Assembly: GCA_017508195.1 (NCBI GenBank)
Contig: JAFVZL010000043.1
Location: forward strand, 33,657-97,656
Source: Clostridia bacterium
GTDB taxonomy: Bacteria > Bacillota > Clostridia > Oscillospirales > CAG-272
Length of the DNA: 64,000 bases
Direction: 5' to 3'
Positions 36,890 to 44,518 of the stretch are shown piece by piece (position 1 is the first letter of the stretch; every line of letters begins with the position of its first letter). The notes beneath the pieces were generated by a model. That model was given only the letters and a program-made list of their open reading frames with translations, was not told where the DNA came from and did no database searches. The position numbers and the translations under genes were made by a program.

Positions 36890-36895
36890 AAAGAA

Positions 36896-38209
36896 TTATT
36901 TAACAAACTCATTATATATAGCTTTAAGTGCTACAATGTAATCGTGCTCATCAACACCTACTATGATATTAAGCTCGCACGAGCCCTGATCTATCATTCT
37001 GATGTTTACGCCGGCGTCGGCAAGTGCTGTGAATATTCTCGCAGCAGTTCCCTTCGCCTTTACCATACCGCGGCCAACTATCGCAATGAGTGCAAGATTA
37101 TCCTCCGTAAAGATGTTATCGGGGTTGACAGACTTACAAATCGACGCCATGATATCACCGCGCTTCTTTATAAGATCGGTCGTTGCCATAACAACGGTCA
37201 TAGTATCAATTCCCGAGGGGAAATGCTCGAATGATACTCCGTTTTCCTCGATAGCCTGAAGCACACGCCTACCGAAGCCAAGCTCAGAGTTCATCATATC
37301 CTTCTCGAGGGTAATCGTCGAGAAGCCCGTTCTTCCCGCTACACCGGTTATTACGTATGCAGGAATCTCATCGGTCTCCGGAACGATAAATGTGCCTCTG
37401 TCATCGGGACGGTTGGTGTTCTTGATATTGATCGGGATCTTCGCATATCTTACGGGGAAAATTGCATCCTCATGCAGAACCGTTGCGCCCATGTAGGAAA
37501 GCTCTCGGAGCTCCTTATAGGTTATTGTATTGATAACCTCGGGATCTTTGATGCATCTGGGATCAGCCATAAGGAAGCCGGATACGTCGGTCCAGTTCTC
37601 ATATATACTTGCAGATGCCGCTCTCGCTACGATAGAGCCCGTTATATCCGAGCCGCCTCTAGAGAAGGTCTTGATCGTGCCGTTAGGCATAGATCCGTAG
37701 AAGCCGGGGATAACTGCGTTGGGAGTCTTAGCGAGATAACCGCTAAGCACCTGGTTGGTCTTCTCTGCATCGAATGCACCGTCATCGTTGAAGAAAATGC
37801 ACTTTCTGGCATCGATAAAGGTGAAATCGAGATACTTCGCGAGTATCATAGCGTTAAGATACTCACCGCGAGATGCTATGTAATCTCTTCCCGAGTTATG
37901 CAGGAACGAATGCTTGATCTTGTCGTATACCTCGGTAAGATCAAGGTCAATACCAAGTCCCTCGATAATCGCATCATAACGACCCTTGATGATCTCGAAG
38001 ATCTCGGTTATATCCTTCTCATCTACTGCCATTTCATAGCACTGATAAAGAAGATCTGTAACCTTCTCGTCGGAACTGCTTCTCTTACCGGGCGCCGAGG
38101 CAACTACGTATCGTCTCTCGGGATCGCTCTTTACTATCTCGGCAACAGCGCGGAAATGCTCTGCATCGGCAAGCGAGCTGCCACCAAACTTTAAAACCTT
38201 TAAACCCAT
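36896..38209 (-). CDS. lysC: Aspartate kinase (monofunctional)
   Basis: KVLKFGGSSLAD N-terminus and two C-terminal ACT-like regions. 437 aa. Confidence 0.88.
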   Translation of the reverse strand: MGLKVLKFGGSSLADAEHFRAVAEIVKSDPERRYVVASAPGKRSSSDEKVTDLLYQCYEMAVDEKDITEIFEIIKGRYDAIIEGLGIDLDLTEVYDKIKHSFLHNSGRDYIASRGEYLNAMILAKYLDFTFIDARKCIFFNDDGAFDAEKTNQVLSGYLAKTPNAVIPGFYGSMPNGTIKTFSRGGSDITGSIVARAASASIYENWTDVSGFLMADPRCIKDPEVINTITYKELRELSYMGATVLHEDAIFPVRYAKIPINIKNTNRPDDRGTFIVPETDEIPAYVITGVAGRTGFSTITLEKDMMNSELGFGRRVLQAIEENGVSFEHFPSGIDTMTVVMATTDLIKKRGDIMASICKSVNPDNIFTEDNLALIAIVGRGMVKAKGTAARIFTALADAGVNIRMIDQGSCELNIIVGVDEHDYIVALKAIYNEFVK

Positions 38210-38286
38210 TTTTACTCTCCTGATAAATTACTCAATGACACTCGTCGAAGGCAAGGGTTTGCGCCTTCTCTAAATTTCATACTAAC

Positions 38287-38315
38287 ATTATATGAGAAAG
38301 CGCGCTTTTTGTCAA
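38287..38315 (-). promoter_or_regulatory. Sigma-A-type promoter for aspartokinase
   Basis: Minus strand: TTGACA, 17 nt, TATAAT (perfect consensus). The leader is about 75 nt with one hairpin and is too short for an L-box. Confidence 0.65.
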
Positions 38316-38335
38316 GTAATAATTTTAATTATTAC

Positions 38336-38367
38336 AAAATAAAAGGACGAGAGCATCTCTCTCGTCC
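38336..38367 (-). terminator. Terminator after the 51-aa acidic protein gene
   Basis: Minus strand: GGACGAGAG-agatg-CTCTCGTCC followed by TTTTATTTT. Confidence 0.7.
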
Positions 38368-38372
38368 AAGAA

Positions 38373-38528
38373 CTATAGATCATCAACGTCCTGCACCGGA
38401 TCATCTAGCTCGTTATCAGTCACCACTCCTGTCCACATTCCGTTAGGATCTGTATTGATCGTACCGTCAGTGCTCATTTTAGACGGGGCGTTCTCTACCC
38501 TTTTCTCTTTCTTTTCTTTATTATCCAT
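38373..38528 (-). CDS. Small acidic protein (51 aa; not in the ORF track)
   Basis: My own translation gives MDNKEKKEKRVENAPSKMSTDGTINTDPNGMWTGVVTDNELDDPVQDVDDL. GGAGGTG lies 6 nt upstream of the ATG and a terminator follows directly downstream. Confidence 0.6.
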   Translation of the reverse strand: MDNKEKKEKRVENAPSKMSTDGTINTDPNGMWTGVVTDNELDDPVQDVDDL

Positions 38529-38614
38529 AATTCACCTCCATAACAAATATGATCTATTATTACCCATCATGCTGGAATAAAAACAGGATTTCTCACGAAT
38601 TATGGAAAAATGTC

Positions 38615-38643
38615 TTGACAATCATTTTCTCATCTGCTATAAT
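38615..38643 (+). promoter_or_regulatory. Sigma-A-type promoter for tRNA-Ser
   Basis: TTGACA, 17 nt, TATAAT. Sits 13 nt upstream of the tRNA 5' end. Confidence 0.65.
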
Positions 38644-38656
38644 GTAATAGTCGCGT

Positions 38657-38747
38657 GGAGAGATGGCCGAGTTGGTCTAAGGCGCACGACTGGAAATCGT
38701 GTAAACGCTAACCCGTTTCAAGGGTTCGAATCCCTTTCTCTCCGCCA
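38657..38747 (+). tRNA. tRNA-Ser (anticodon GGA)
   Basis: Acceptor GGAGAGA/TCTCTCC, anticodon loop CTGGAAA, long variable arm, T-loop TTCGAAT, encoded CCA. 91 nt. Confidence 0.9.
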
Positions 38748-38751
38748 TAAG

Positions 38752-38779
38752 AAAAACACTCCCAATAGGGGGTGTTTTT
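38752..38779. terminator. Bidirectional terminator after tRNA-Ser
   Basis: AAAAACACTCCC-aata-GGGgGTGTTTTT. Confidence 0.75.
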
Positions 38780-38907
38780 CTTATTCTATGGCCGCGAGAA
38801 AGCGGCTTCGAAGCCTTCTCCGCGAGCGCAGCGAAGCGGAATAGGGTTCGCATACCCCACTCGAAGATCTGCAAGCTCGCTTGCAAGGCGAAGAGTGCGG
38901 GTATATT
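38752..38907 (-). ncRNA. Candidate structured RNA / interspersed element (locus 2), homologous to 34617..34755
   Basis: The minus strand reads AATATAC-cc-GCACTCTTCGCC-T-TGCAAGcgagCTTGCA-GATCTTCGAG-tggg-GTATGCGAACC. Hairpins follow (including GGCTTC/GAAGCC), then the terminator. Function unknown. Confidence 0.4.
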
Positions 38908-38935
38908 TGCGTAAAGCAAACACCCCTTTCTCGAC

Positions 38936-38951
38936 AACACTCCCAATAGGG
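38936..38951 (+). repeat. 16-nt duplicate of the tRNA-Ser terminator arm
   Basis: AACACTCCCAATAGGG is identical to 38755..38770. The two copies flank the locus-2 element. Confidence 0.85.
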
Positions 38952-39003
38952 CAGCTTTTTTTCATGTGCCTGAAAGAAAGCTAATTCTCACACTATTATA
39001 TCG

Positions 39004-39360
39004 TTACTTCCCAATCCTCGCGCTCCACTCCGACTCCTTGAAGCCTACGAGTACAAAATCTTCACCGATAAGAAGCGGGCGTTTTACAAGCATTCCATCG
39101 GTCGCGAGAAGCTTCAGCATCTCGTCTTCGCTCATTTCGGGGAGCTTTGTCTTAAGCTCGAGGGATTTATACAAAAGACCGCTGGTGTTAAAGAACTTTC
39201 TAAGCGGAAGTCCACTCACGCGGTACCATAAAGAAAGCTCCTCAAAGGTTGGATTATCAATCTTTATATCTCTTAAATCATACTTAATACCGTTATTATC
39301 AAGCCACTTCTTAGCCCTCTGACAGGTCGTACATTTAGGGTAACAAATAAACTTAAGCAT
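39004..39360 (-). CDS. ArsC/Spx-family thioredoxin-fold protein (CxxC)
   Basis: MLKFICYPKCTTCQRAKKWL N-terminus plus LVKRPLLIG. The ATG at 39360 follows AAGGAG. Confidence 0.75.
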   Translation of the reverse strand: MLKFICYPKCTTCQRAKKWLDNNGIKYDLRDIKIDNPTFEELSLWYRVSGLPLRKFFNTSGLLYKSLELKTKLPEMSEDEMLKLLATDGMLVKRPLLIGEDFVLVGFKESEWSARIGK

Positions 39361-39370
39361 TTTAAACTCC

Positions 39371-39673
39371 TTATTCACATACTTCAATTAAAAAGCTCAC
39401 GGGACGAAAGCCGTCATTGCAGGATATCATTGCCGATTTTGGATTCTTCATCCAGCCATCATAAAAGTTCTCGCCTCCGTGCGCAAGCGCCATCACAAAC
39501 GGTGAAACACTCTCCCATGCACTGTCGCAAAAGCCTTCAGGCTTCTGCCACCCTTCGGTGATATACACCCGTCCCTCCTCGATATCGCAAGCGTGCTCGA
39601 TGGGATTCTCGTACTTTTCTATTAAGTCGTCGTAGCGCGCTTTCCGTACAACGGTTATTTTAATCTTTTTCAT
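39371..39673 (-). CDS. TIGR04076-like small Cys-containing protein
   Basis: MKKIKITVVRKARYDDLIEKYENP...GFCDSAW...ISCNDGFRPVSF pattern (100 aa). The longer ORF-track N-terminus lacks an RBS. Confidence 0.55.
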   Translation of the reverse strand: MKKIKITVVRKARYDDLIEKYENPIEHACDIEEGRVYITEGWQKPEGFCDSAWESVSPFVMALAHGGENFYDGWMKNPKSAMISCNDGFRPVSFLIEVCE

Positions 39674-39860
39674 GATACACTCCATCCATAAAACATGTCG
39701 ATGATATATTATAACACATACAGACAAAAGATTCAAGCTTTGATCATCGCGCTTTGAGTCAAACTCAAAACAATGTCCCGATTTATAAGAGTGCGTTGAT
39801 TTTCCAGCTGAATCGTGGTATAATAATGCTGTGAGCATTAATTAAAAAGGCGGTGACAAT

Positions 39861-40562
39861 TTGGAGAACGTCGGCTCGGCATGCAACAAACGAAAAAGAA
39901 TCATAATAGCGCTAAATATACTTATATCGGTATCCTCACTCCTCGGAGTTTTGCTCTCCTGCATTTTCGCTGTGAATGACGGATACTCGGACTGGTACAG
40001 ACGATTATTCTATTTCACGCAACAGTCAAATATATGGATATTTCTGACTTGTGCAGTGTATGCGGCAATTCATTTATTGAAGCTGTCGAATACTAAGCTT
40101 TTAGCTCTTGTTGACACGTTGAAATTCGTATTTGCGGTGTCGATCACTGTGACAGGCATAATATTCTGCGCTCTGCTCGCCCCCTTCGCAAACTTTAATA
40201 TATGGTCATTTGCAAACGTGCTGACCCACGTAATTACTCCGCTACTCGCTATATTTGAATTTTTCCTCAACGGATACCTGAAGGCGGTTCGGCACAGAGA
40301 TGTTCTACTAGCTATGATTCCGCCTGCGTTATGGTTCGTGTTTGCTTCGATTCTCTGCCTTCTTAAGGTAGATTTCGGTAAGGGCGACCCTTTCCCCTAC
40401 TTTTTCATGGATTTTTATAACGGCGCCGGCCTCTTCGGGTACGTAGAAGGCATGCCCCCAAAAATAGGCGTTTTCTATTGGATAGCATTCTTCTTACTAT
40501 TCATTTACGGCCTTGGATATCTTTATTACAGGCTCCATAACCGTATACACAAAAACAAATAA
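39861..40562 (+). CDS. Integral membrane protein (possibly Pr6Pr family)
   Basis: Six or more predicted TM helices and a FYFTQQSNIW motif. TTG start, the only in-frame start. The family call is tentative. Confidence 0.45.
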   Translation: MENVGSACNKRKRIIIALNILISVSSLLGVLLSCIFAVNDGYSDWYRRLFYFTQQSNIWIFLTCAVYAAIHLLKLSNTKLLALVDTLKFVFAVSITVTGIIFCALLAPFANFNIWSFANVLTHVITPLLAIFEFFLNGYLKAVRHRDVLLAMIPPALWFVFASILCLLKVDFGKGDPFPYFFMDFYNGAGLFGYVEGMPPKIGVFYWIAFFLLFIYGLGYLYYRLHNRIHKNK

Positions 40563-40619
40563 TAAAAGTCGCATATAGCACAGTTTGGCTTTAGATAAGC
40601 TTTGCTATATGCGATACTT

Positions 40620-41180
40620 TTATTTTAAACGAAGTATTACGTTACCAAAGAAATCAAATGCGATAAGAGCCGAAAGTGACAGTGCGAGCCTTTTACCTAT
40701 ACCGTCCTTGATTCCGGAAAACAAATCGCAAAGCTTATCGAAAAAGCACATAACGAGCGTTATAATTGCACCCCAAATGTACGCGATCTCGAGAGCGGCG
40801 TATTTTGTAACGTTCAAAGCATAATGCTCGTAGCTCCAAAGCACCTCACCGCTCAGCGCCTCCATGACCGTACCGCCGATTATCTCGGATACCGACGGAA
40901 TAATTGCAGCAAGGAAAAAGTATGATATGGCGCGAGCACCGCCTGTATCAAGTCTGCTTAAGAGTATACCGCCACTATGCGGTGTGCCAATGAGCTTATA
41001 GAGAATAACGATGGTGATACCGTATATAGGACACAGCGGCAGTGTCACAAAGCCTCGGTCTGCTATTTCGTTATAGAGAAATAAAAATAAAAGCTTTTCA
41101 AATACCCATCCGATATGCGATATGAGAATACCTACAAGTATCAGATGCCATCCTTCCCTTTTCTTCTGTTGTTTTATCAT
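40620..41180 (-). CDS. DUF1113-like membrane protein (the family annotated as putative ABC-transporter type IV)
   Basis: GWVFEKLLFLFLYNEIADRGFVTLPLCPIYG pattern, multi-TM. The internal ATG at 41180 is preferred. Confidence 0.55.
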   Translation of the reverse strand: MIKQQKKREGWHLILVGILISHIGWVFEKLLFLFLYNEIADRGFVTLPLCPIYGITIVILYKLIGTPHSGGILLSRLDTGGARAISYFFLAAIIPSVSEIIGGTVMEALSGEVLWSYEHYALNVTKYAALEIAYIWGAIITLVMCFFDKLCDLFSGIKDGIGKRLALSLSALIAFDFFGNVILRLK

Positions 41181-41280
41181 TGCAAATACCTCGCGGATAG
41201 TATATGCAAAAAGCGGTTGCAATATAAAAAGAGAAAAGCCGAGTTAAATCAGCCTTTCTCCATTATTTCGTTATTAAGTA

Positions 41281-42291
41281 TCAATCCTTCATCATCTTAT
41301 GGACAACGGGCCAGGAAAGGTCAGCGTAGAATCTATGACCCTCGGGACCTGTAACGAGATAGCAATTCTCGGGAACTCCCACCTTTTCGTATGCCTTTTC
41401 GATGATGGCGTAGGACTTATCTACGCCGGGCTTGTAGAACCCAACGTCGGTTACACCGTGAACAACTATGAGCTTTCTCGGCGCGATCATACCGCCCATG
41501 TCACCCATATCAAAATAATTTGCGATATTGGGAACAAGGTTGCACAAACAATGGCGCTTTACCGCTATGGAATTATCCCAAGAGCAAACAGCGCAAGAAG
41601 GCATAGCGAGTGCGATGCGCTCCTCAAGACACGCGGCATAATAGGTAGCAGTTCCGCCACCGGAGTTACCCATTAGGCAGATTCGGTCGGGATCAACAAA
41701 ATCGAAGTGCTCAAGCACGGCGTCAATGCATCTCGAGATATCCCATACACGCTCGCCTATCATGGTTCTACCCATCATTATAGCTCTGAAGTTGTTCTGA
41801 TAACAGTTCGTACCGCTACCCTCAATTCCCTTGCACTCACCGAAGCCCCTTTGCTCAACAGCGAGGGCTATGTAGCCTTCCTTGACAGCTCTGACACAGA
41901 AATCGCGGTCACCGCCGTTGATATCGTCTTCATCACCGGGATATATCGGCTTGCCGAGCGAGATGTGGAATCCGTTAGAATGTCCCTGAAGGCATATCAT
42001 AAGCGGCTGCTTTCCGCTCTTGCCGTGAGGCACGCGCATAACCGATGGGAAATAATAACCAGGCTCAGACTGAATGGTAAAGCGGTACTCAGTGTAACCC
42101 TCGCACTCCTCGGTATATTCTATGTTGAACTCGGGATCGCATCTCTCGTATTTATCCATACCGAGAAGTTCTGCGAGCTTAGCTTTAGCTTTTTTCTGCC
42201 AAGCAATAAAGTCCGATTCTCCATCATATCTACATTCGGGCGTGATAGAGGTAATTAAATCAAAGTTCTTTATCAACGGGCTGAAATTCAT
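41281..42291 (-). CDS. Alpha/beta-hydrolase (esterase-like), paralog 1
   Basis: Nucleophile elbow LMGNSGGGTATYY. Asp in HGVTDVGF and His in GPEGHRFYADL. 336 aa. Confidence 0.75.
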   Translation of the reverse strand: MNFSPLIKNFDLITSITPECRYDGESDFIAWQKKAKAKLAELLGMDKYERCDPEFNIEYTEECEGYTEYRFTIQSEPGYYFPSVMRVPHGKSGKQPLMICLQGHSNGFHISLGKPIYPGDEDDINGGDRDFCVRAVKEGYIALAVEQRGFGECKGIEGSGTNCYQNNFRAIMMGRTMIGERVWDISRCIDAVLEHFDFVDPDRICLMGNSGGGTATYYAACLEERIALAMPSCAVCSWDNSIAVKRHCLCNLVPNIANYFDMGDMGGMIAPRKLIVVHGVTDVGFYKPGVDKSYAIIEKAYEKVGVPENCYLVTGPEGHRFYADLSWPVVHKMMKD

Positions 42292-42310
42292 TTAAATAAC
42301 CTCCAGAAAA

Positions 42311-43300
42311 TTACTTAATAAGCTCCCATGCGTGAGGATCGAACCTACGCTCGCCGTCGTTTATAACAAGCTTGGAATTGTCGGATGCACCGGCTGCGGC
42401 ATAAAGCTTTTCAATCATGGCATAAGCCGCACGGAGTCCACGCTCGGGGAACCAATTATCCTTTATAGTACCAACCAACACAAGCTTTCTCGGTGCGATA
42501 AGACCGCCAAAGTCGCCCATATCAAAGTAACTTGCGACATTGGGTATATAATTACATACGCAGTGCGAGAACGTTGCGATAGAGGACTCGTAGGTAGCAA
42601 CTCCGTTCGATGCTATAACAGCGCCTATCCTCTCGTCAACCGCTGCGGCATAGTACGCTGCGGTTCCATTTCCGTTGTTTCCTACAATTACGATATTCTC
42701 GTCATCGATATTATCAAAATTAGCGAGAAGCGCGTCAAGTGAGCGCATAATATCCCATACTCTCTCGCCTATTGTTGTTCTGCCAAGAAGAAATGCTCTC
42801 ATAGATGAACGGTAGCAAGCACACCACGTTGTTCTGGTGGGTGCCTCCTCGGGGGTGATATCTCTTACAGCAAAGCAATTATCGAAGCTTCTCTGCTCAA
42901 CGGAAAGGGATGCGTATCCTCTGTCGAGCGCCTGCTTGCAAAGATCTCTGCCATCCGTGCCGTCCACCGACTGCAGAAGGTCATCAGCATGCCCGAAAAG
43001 GCAGATAGCAACAGGGAGCTTACCCGATACACCCTTAGGAGTCCTGAGGGTCGAGGTAAAGCTGTAGTTCTTCTCGCTTGCAATAGAATAAACCGTCTCG
43101 TCATACGTTTCGATCGAGGTTTTGGATACGATTGTAAAGCTCGGTTCAGTGGGTATCATCATATCGATGCCCAGAAGCTCCACGAGCTTTTCCCTCGCCT
43201 GCTTCTGCCAGGCGGTAAAATCCATCTTGAAATCATATCTCATTGCGGGTGCGGTATTGATAAGCACCTCTCTGTTTTTCTTTATAGGACTGAAGTTCAT
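42311..43300 (-). CDS. Alpha/beta-hydrolase-fold paralog 2 lacking the Ser and His of the triad (probable pseudoenzyme)
   Basis: Aligns over its full length with paralogs 1 and 3. The elbow is VGNNGNG (Asn209 codon at 42674..42676), and GHRF is replaced by ERRF (Arg318 at 42347..42349). The ORF is intact. Confidence 0.7.
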   Translation of the reverse strand: MNFSPIKKNREVLINTAPAMRYDFKMDFTAWQKQAREKLVELLGIDMMIPTEPSFTIVSKTSIETYDETVYSIASEKNYSFTSTLRTPKGVSGKLPVAICLFGHADDLLQSVDGTDGRDLCKQALDRGYASLSVEQRSFDNCFAVRDITPEEAPTRTTWCACYRSSMRAFLLGRTTIGERVWDIMRSLDALLANFDNIDDENIVIVGNNGNGTAAYYAAAVDERIGAVIASNGVATYESSIATFSHCVCNYIPNVASYFDMGDFGGLIAPRKLVLVGTIKDNWFPERGLRAAYAMIEKLYAAAGASDNSKLVINDGERRFDPHAWELIK

Positions 43301-44334
43301 TTGCTCTCCTCCATCTTCGAGGTCGTTCCCATCATCTTATGTACGACAGGCCAGGAAAGGTCTGCGTAGAATCTGTGGCCAAAGGGGCCCGTAACGAGAT
43401 CGCAGTGATGCGGTACGCCCGCAATGTCATAAAGCTTTTCCGTGATGGCATAAGACTTATCAACACCGGGCTTGTAGAAGCCGACGTCTGTAACGCCATG
43501 GACTATGATAAGCTTTCTCGGTGCTATCATTCCGCCCATATCACCCATATCGAAATACTTTGCCATATTTGCAACGTAGTTACAGGTGCAGTGTCTCTTT
43601 ACCGATACCGACATATCCCACGAGCAGACCGCAGATGAAGGCATGCAAAGAGCAATACGCTCATCCAGACAGCAGGTGTAATATGTAGCGGTACCGCCGC
43701 CCGAGTTACCCATAAGACAAATCTTTTCCTCGTCTATAAAATCGAACTCGTCAAGCAGAACGTCGATAACTCGCATGACGTCCCAGGCTCTTTCTCCGAG
43801 AGTGGATCTACCCGTAAGCATAGCGACCATGGACGTGAGATGGCATCCGCGAGGATAGTCCTCGTCACCTTTACATTCACCGAAGCCTCTCTGCTCAATA
43901 GCAACGGCAATATAGCCCTCTTTTACCGCTCTGACGCAGAAATCGCGATCTCCGCCCTTGATAGTCTGCACGTCACCGTCGTATACAGGCACGCCGAGAG
44001 AGATATGGAATCCGGTAGAATGTCCCTGAAGACAAAGAATTACCGGGTGCTTTCCAACCTCGCATCCGTGAGGTACACGCATAACAACGGGAAGAAAATA
44101 ATTTTCCTCGCTCTGAATAGTAAATCTGTATTCGGTATAGGTATCGCAATCCTTTTTGTACTCAATATTAAAAAGCGGATCACACTTAACGTATTTGTCC
44201 ATACCGAGAAGCTCGGAAAGCTTAGCTCTTGCAGCCTTCTGCCACTCGGAGAAATCCATATCGGGAGTATATCTCATCAAGGGAGTATATTCACCGTAAA
44301 GCTCAAAGTTCTTATCTTCAGCTATAGAAACCAT
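43297..44334 (-). CDS. Alpha/beta-hydrolase (esterase-like), paralog 3
   Basis: LMGNSGGGTATYY, HGVTDVGF and GPFGHRFYADL. Long stretches are identical to paralog 1. 4-nt ATGA overlap with paralog 2. Confidence 0.75.
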   Translation of the reverse strand: MVSIAEDKNFELYGEYTPLMRYTPDMDFSEWQKAARAKLSELLGMDKYVKCDPLFNIEYKKDCDTYTEYRFTIQSEENYFLPVVMRVPHGCEVGKHPVILCLQGHSTGFHISLGVPVYDGDVQTIKGGDRDFCVRAVKEGYIAVAIEQRGFGECKGDEDYPRGCHLTSMVAMLTGRSTLGERAWDVMRVIDVLLDEFDFIDEEKICLMGNSGGGTATYYTCCLDERIALCMPSSAVCSWDMSVSVKRHCTCNYVANMAKYFDMGDMGGMIAPRKLIIVHGVTDVGFYKPGVDKSYAITEKLYDIAGVPHHCDLVTGPFGHRFYADLSWPVVHKMMGTTSKMEESK

Positions 44335-44518
44335 TTGTCTTTTCCTTTCGGATTAATTATACTACGTATATTATAAAAGCATGCACGTGCAATATCCTTA
44401 AAAAAAATGATTCAACGCTTTCGTTTCTTAACTTTTTTGATGCAAATATTTGAGAGCGTTGACATAATACTCGGATAGGAGTATAATTTAAAAGCATAAG
44501 CAACAGGAGGGGAGCGTT

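Noticed and set aside
37472-38194. 240-aa plus-strand ORF opposite the aspartokinase gene
   Set aside because: It is antisense to a gene carrying the KFGGSS kinase signature, and shows no RBS or domain.
38210-38286. Lysine riboswitch (L-box) upstream of aspartokinase
   Set aside because: The leader between the consensus promoter and the start codon is only about 75 nt with one simple hairpin. An L-box needs about 180 nt and a five-helix junction.
39674-39838. N-terminal 55-aa extension of the TIGR04076-like ORF. Similar long-start variants exist for rplK, glnS, prs, spoIIID, cwlD, the EF-G paralog and the DUF1113 gene
   Set aside because: In each case an internal ATG is preceded by a good GGAGG-type RBS and yields the family-typical N-terminus, whereas the upstream start lacks an RBS or lies inside the neighbouring gene.
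41707-42258. Plus-strand ORFs of 125-183 aa opposite each of the three hydrolase paralogs (also 41299..41676, 42332..42742, 42989..43369, 43339..43638 and 43840..44376)
   Set aside because: They recur only because the three minus-strand paralogs are similar to one another. They have no independent signals.
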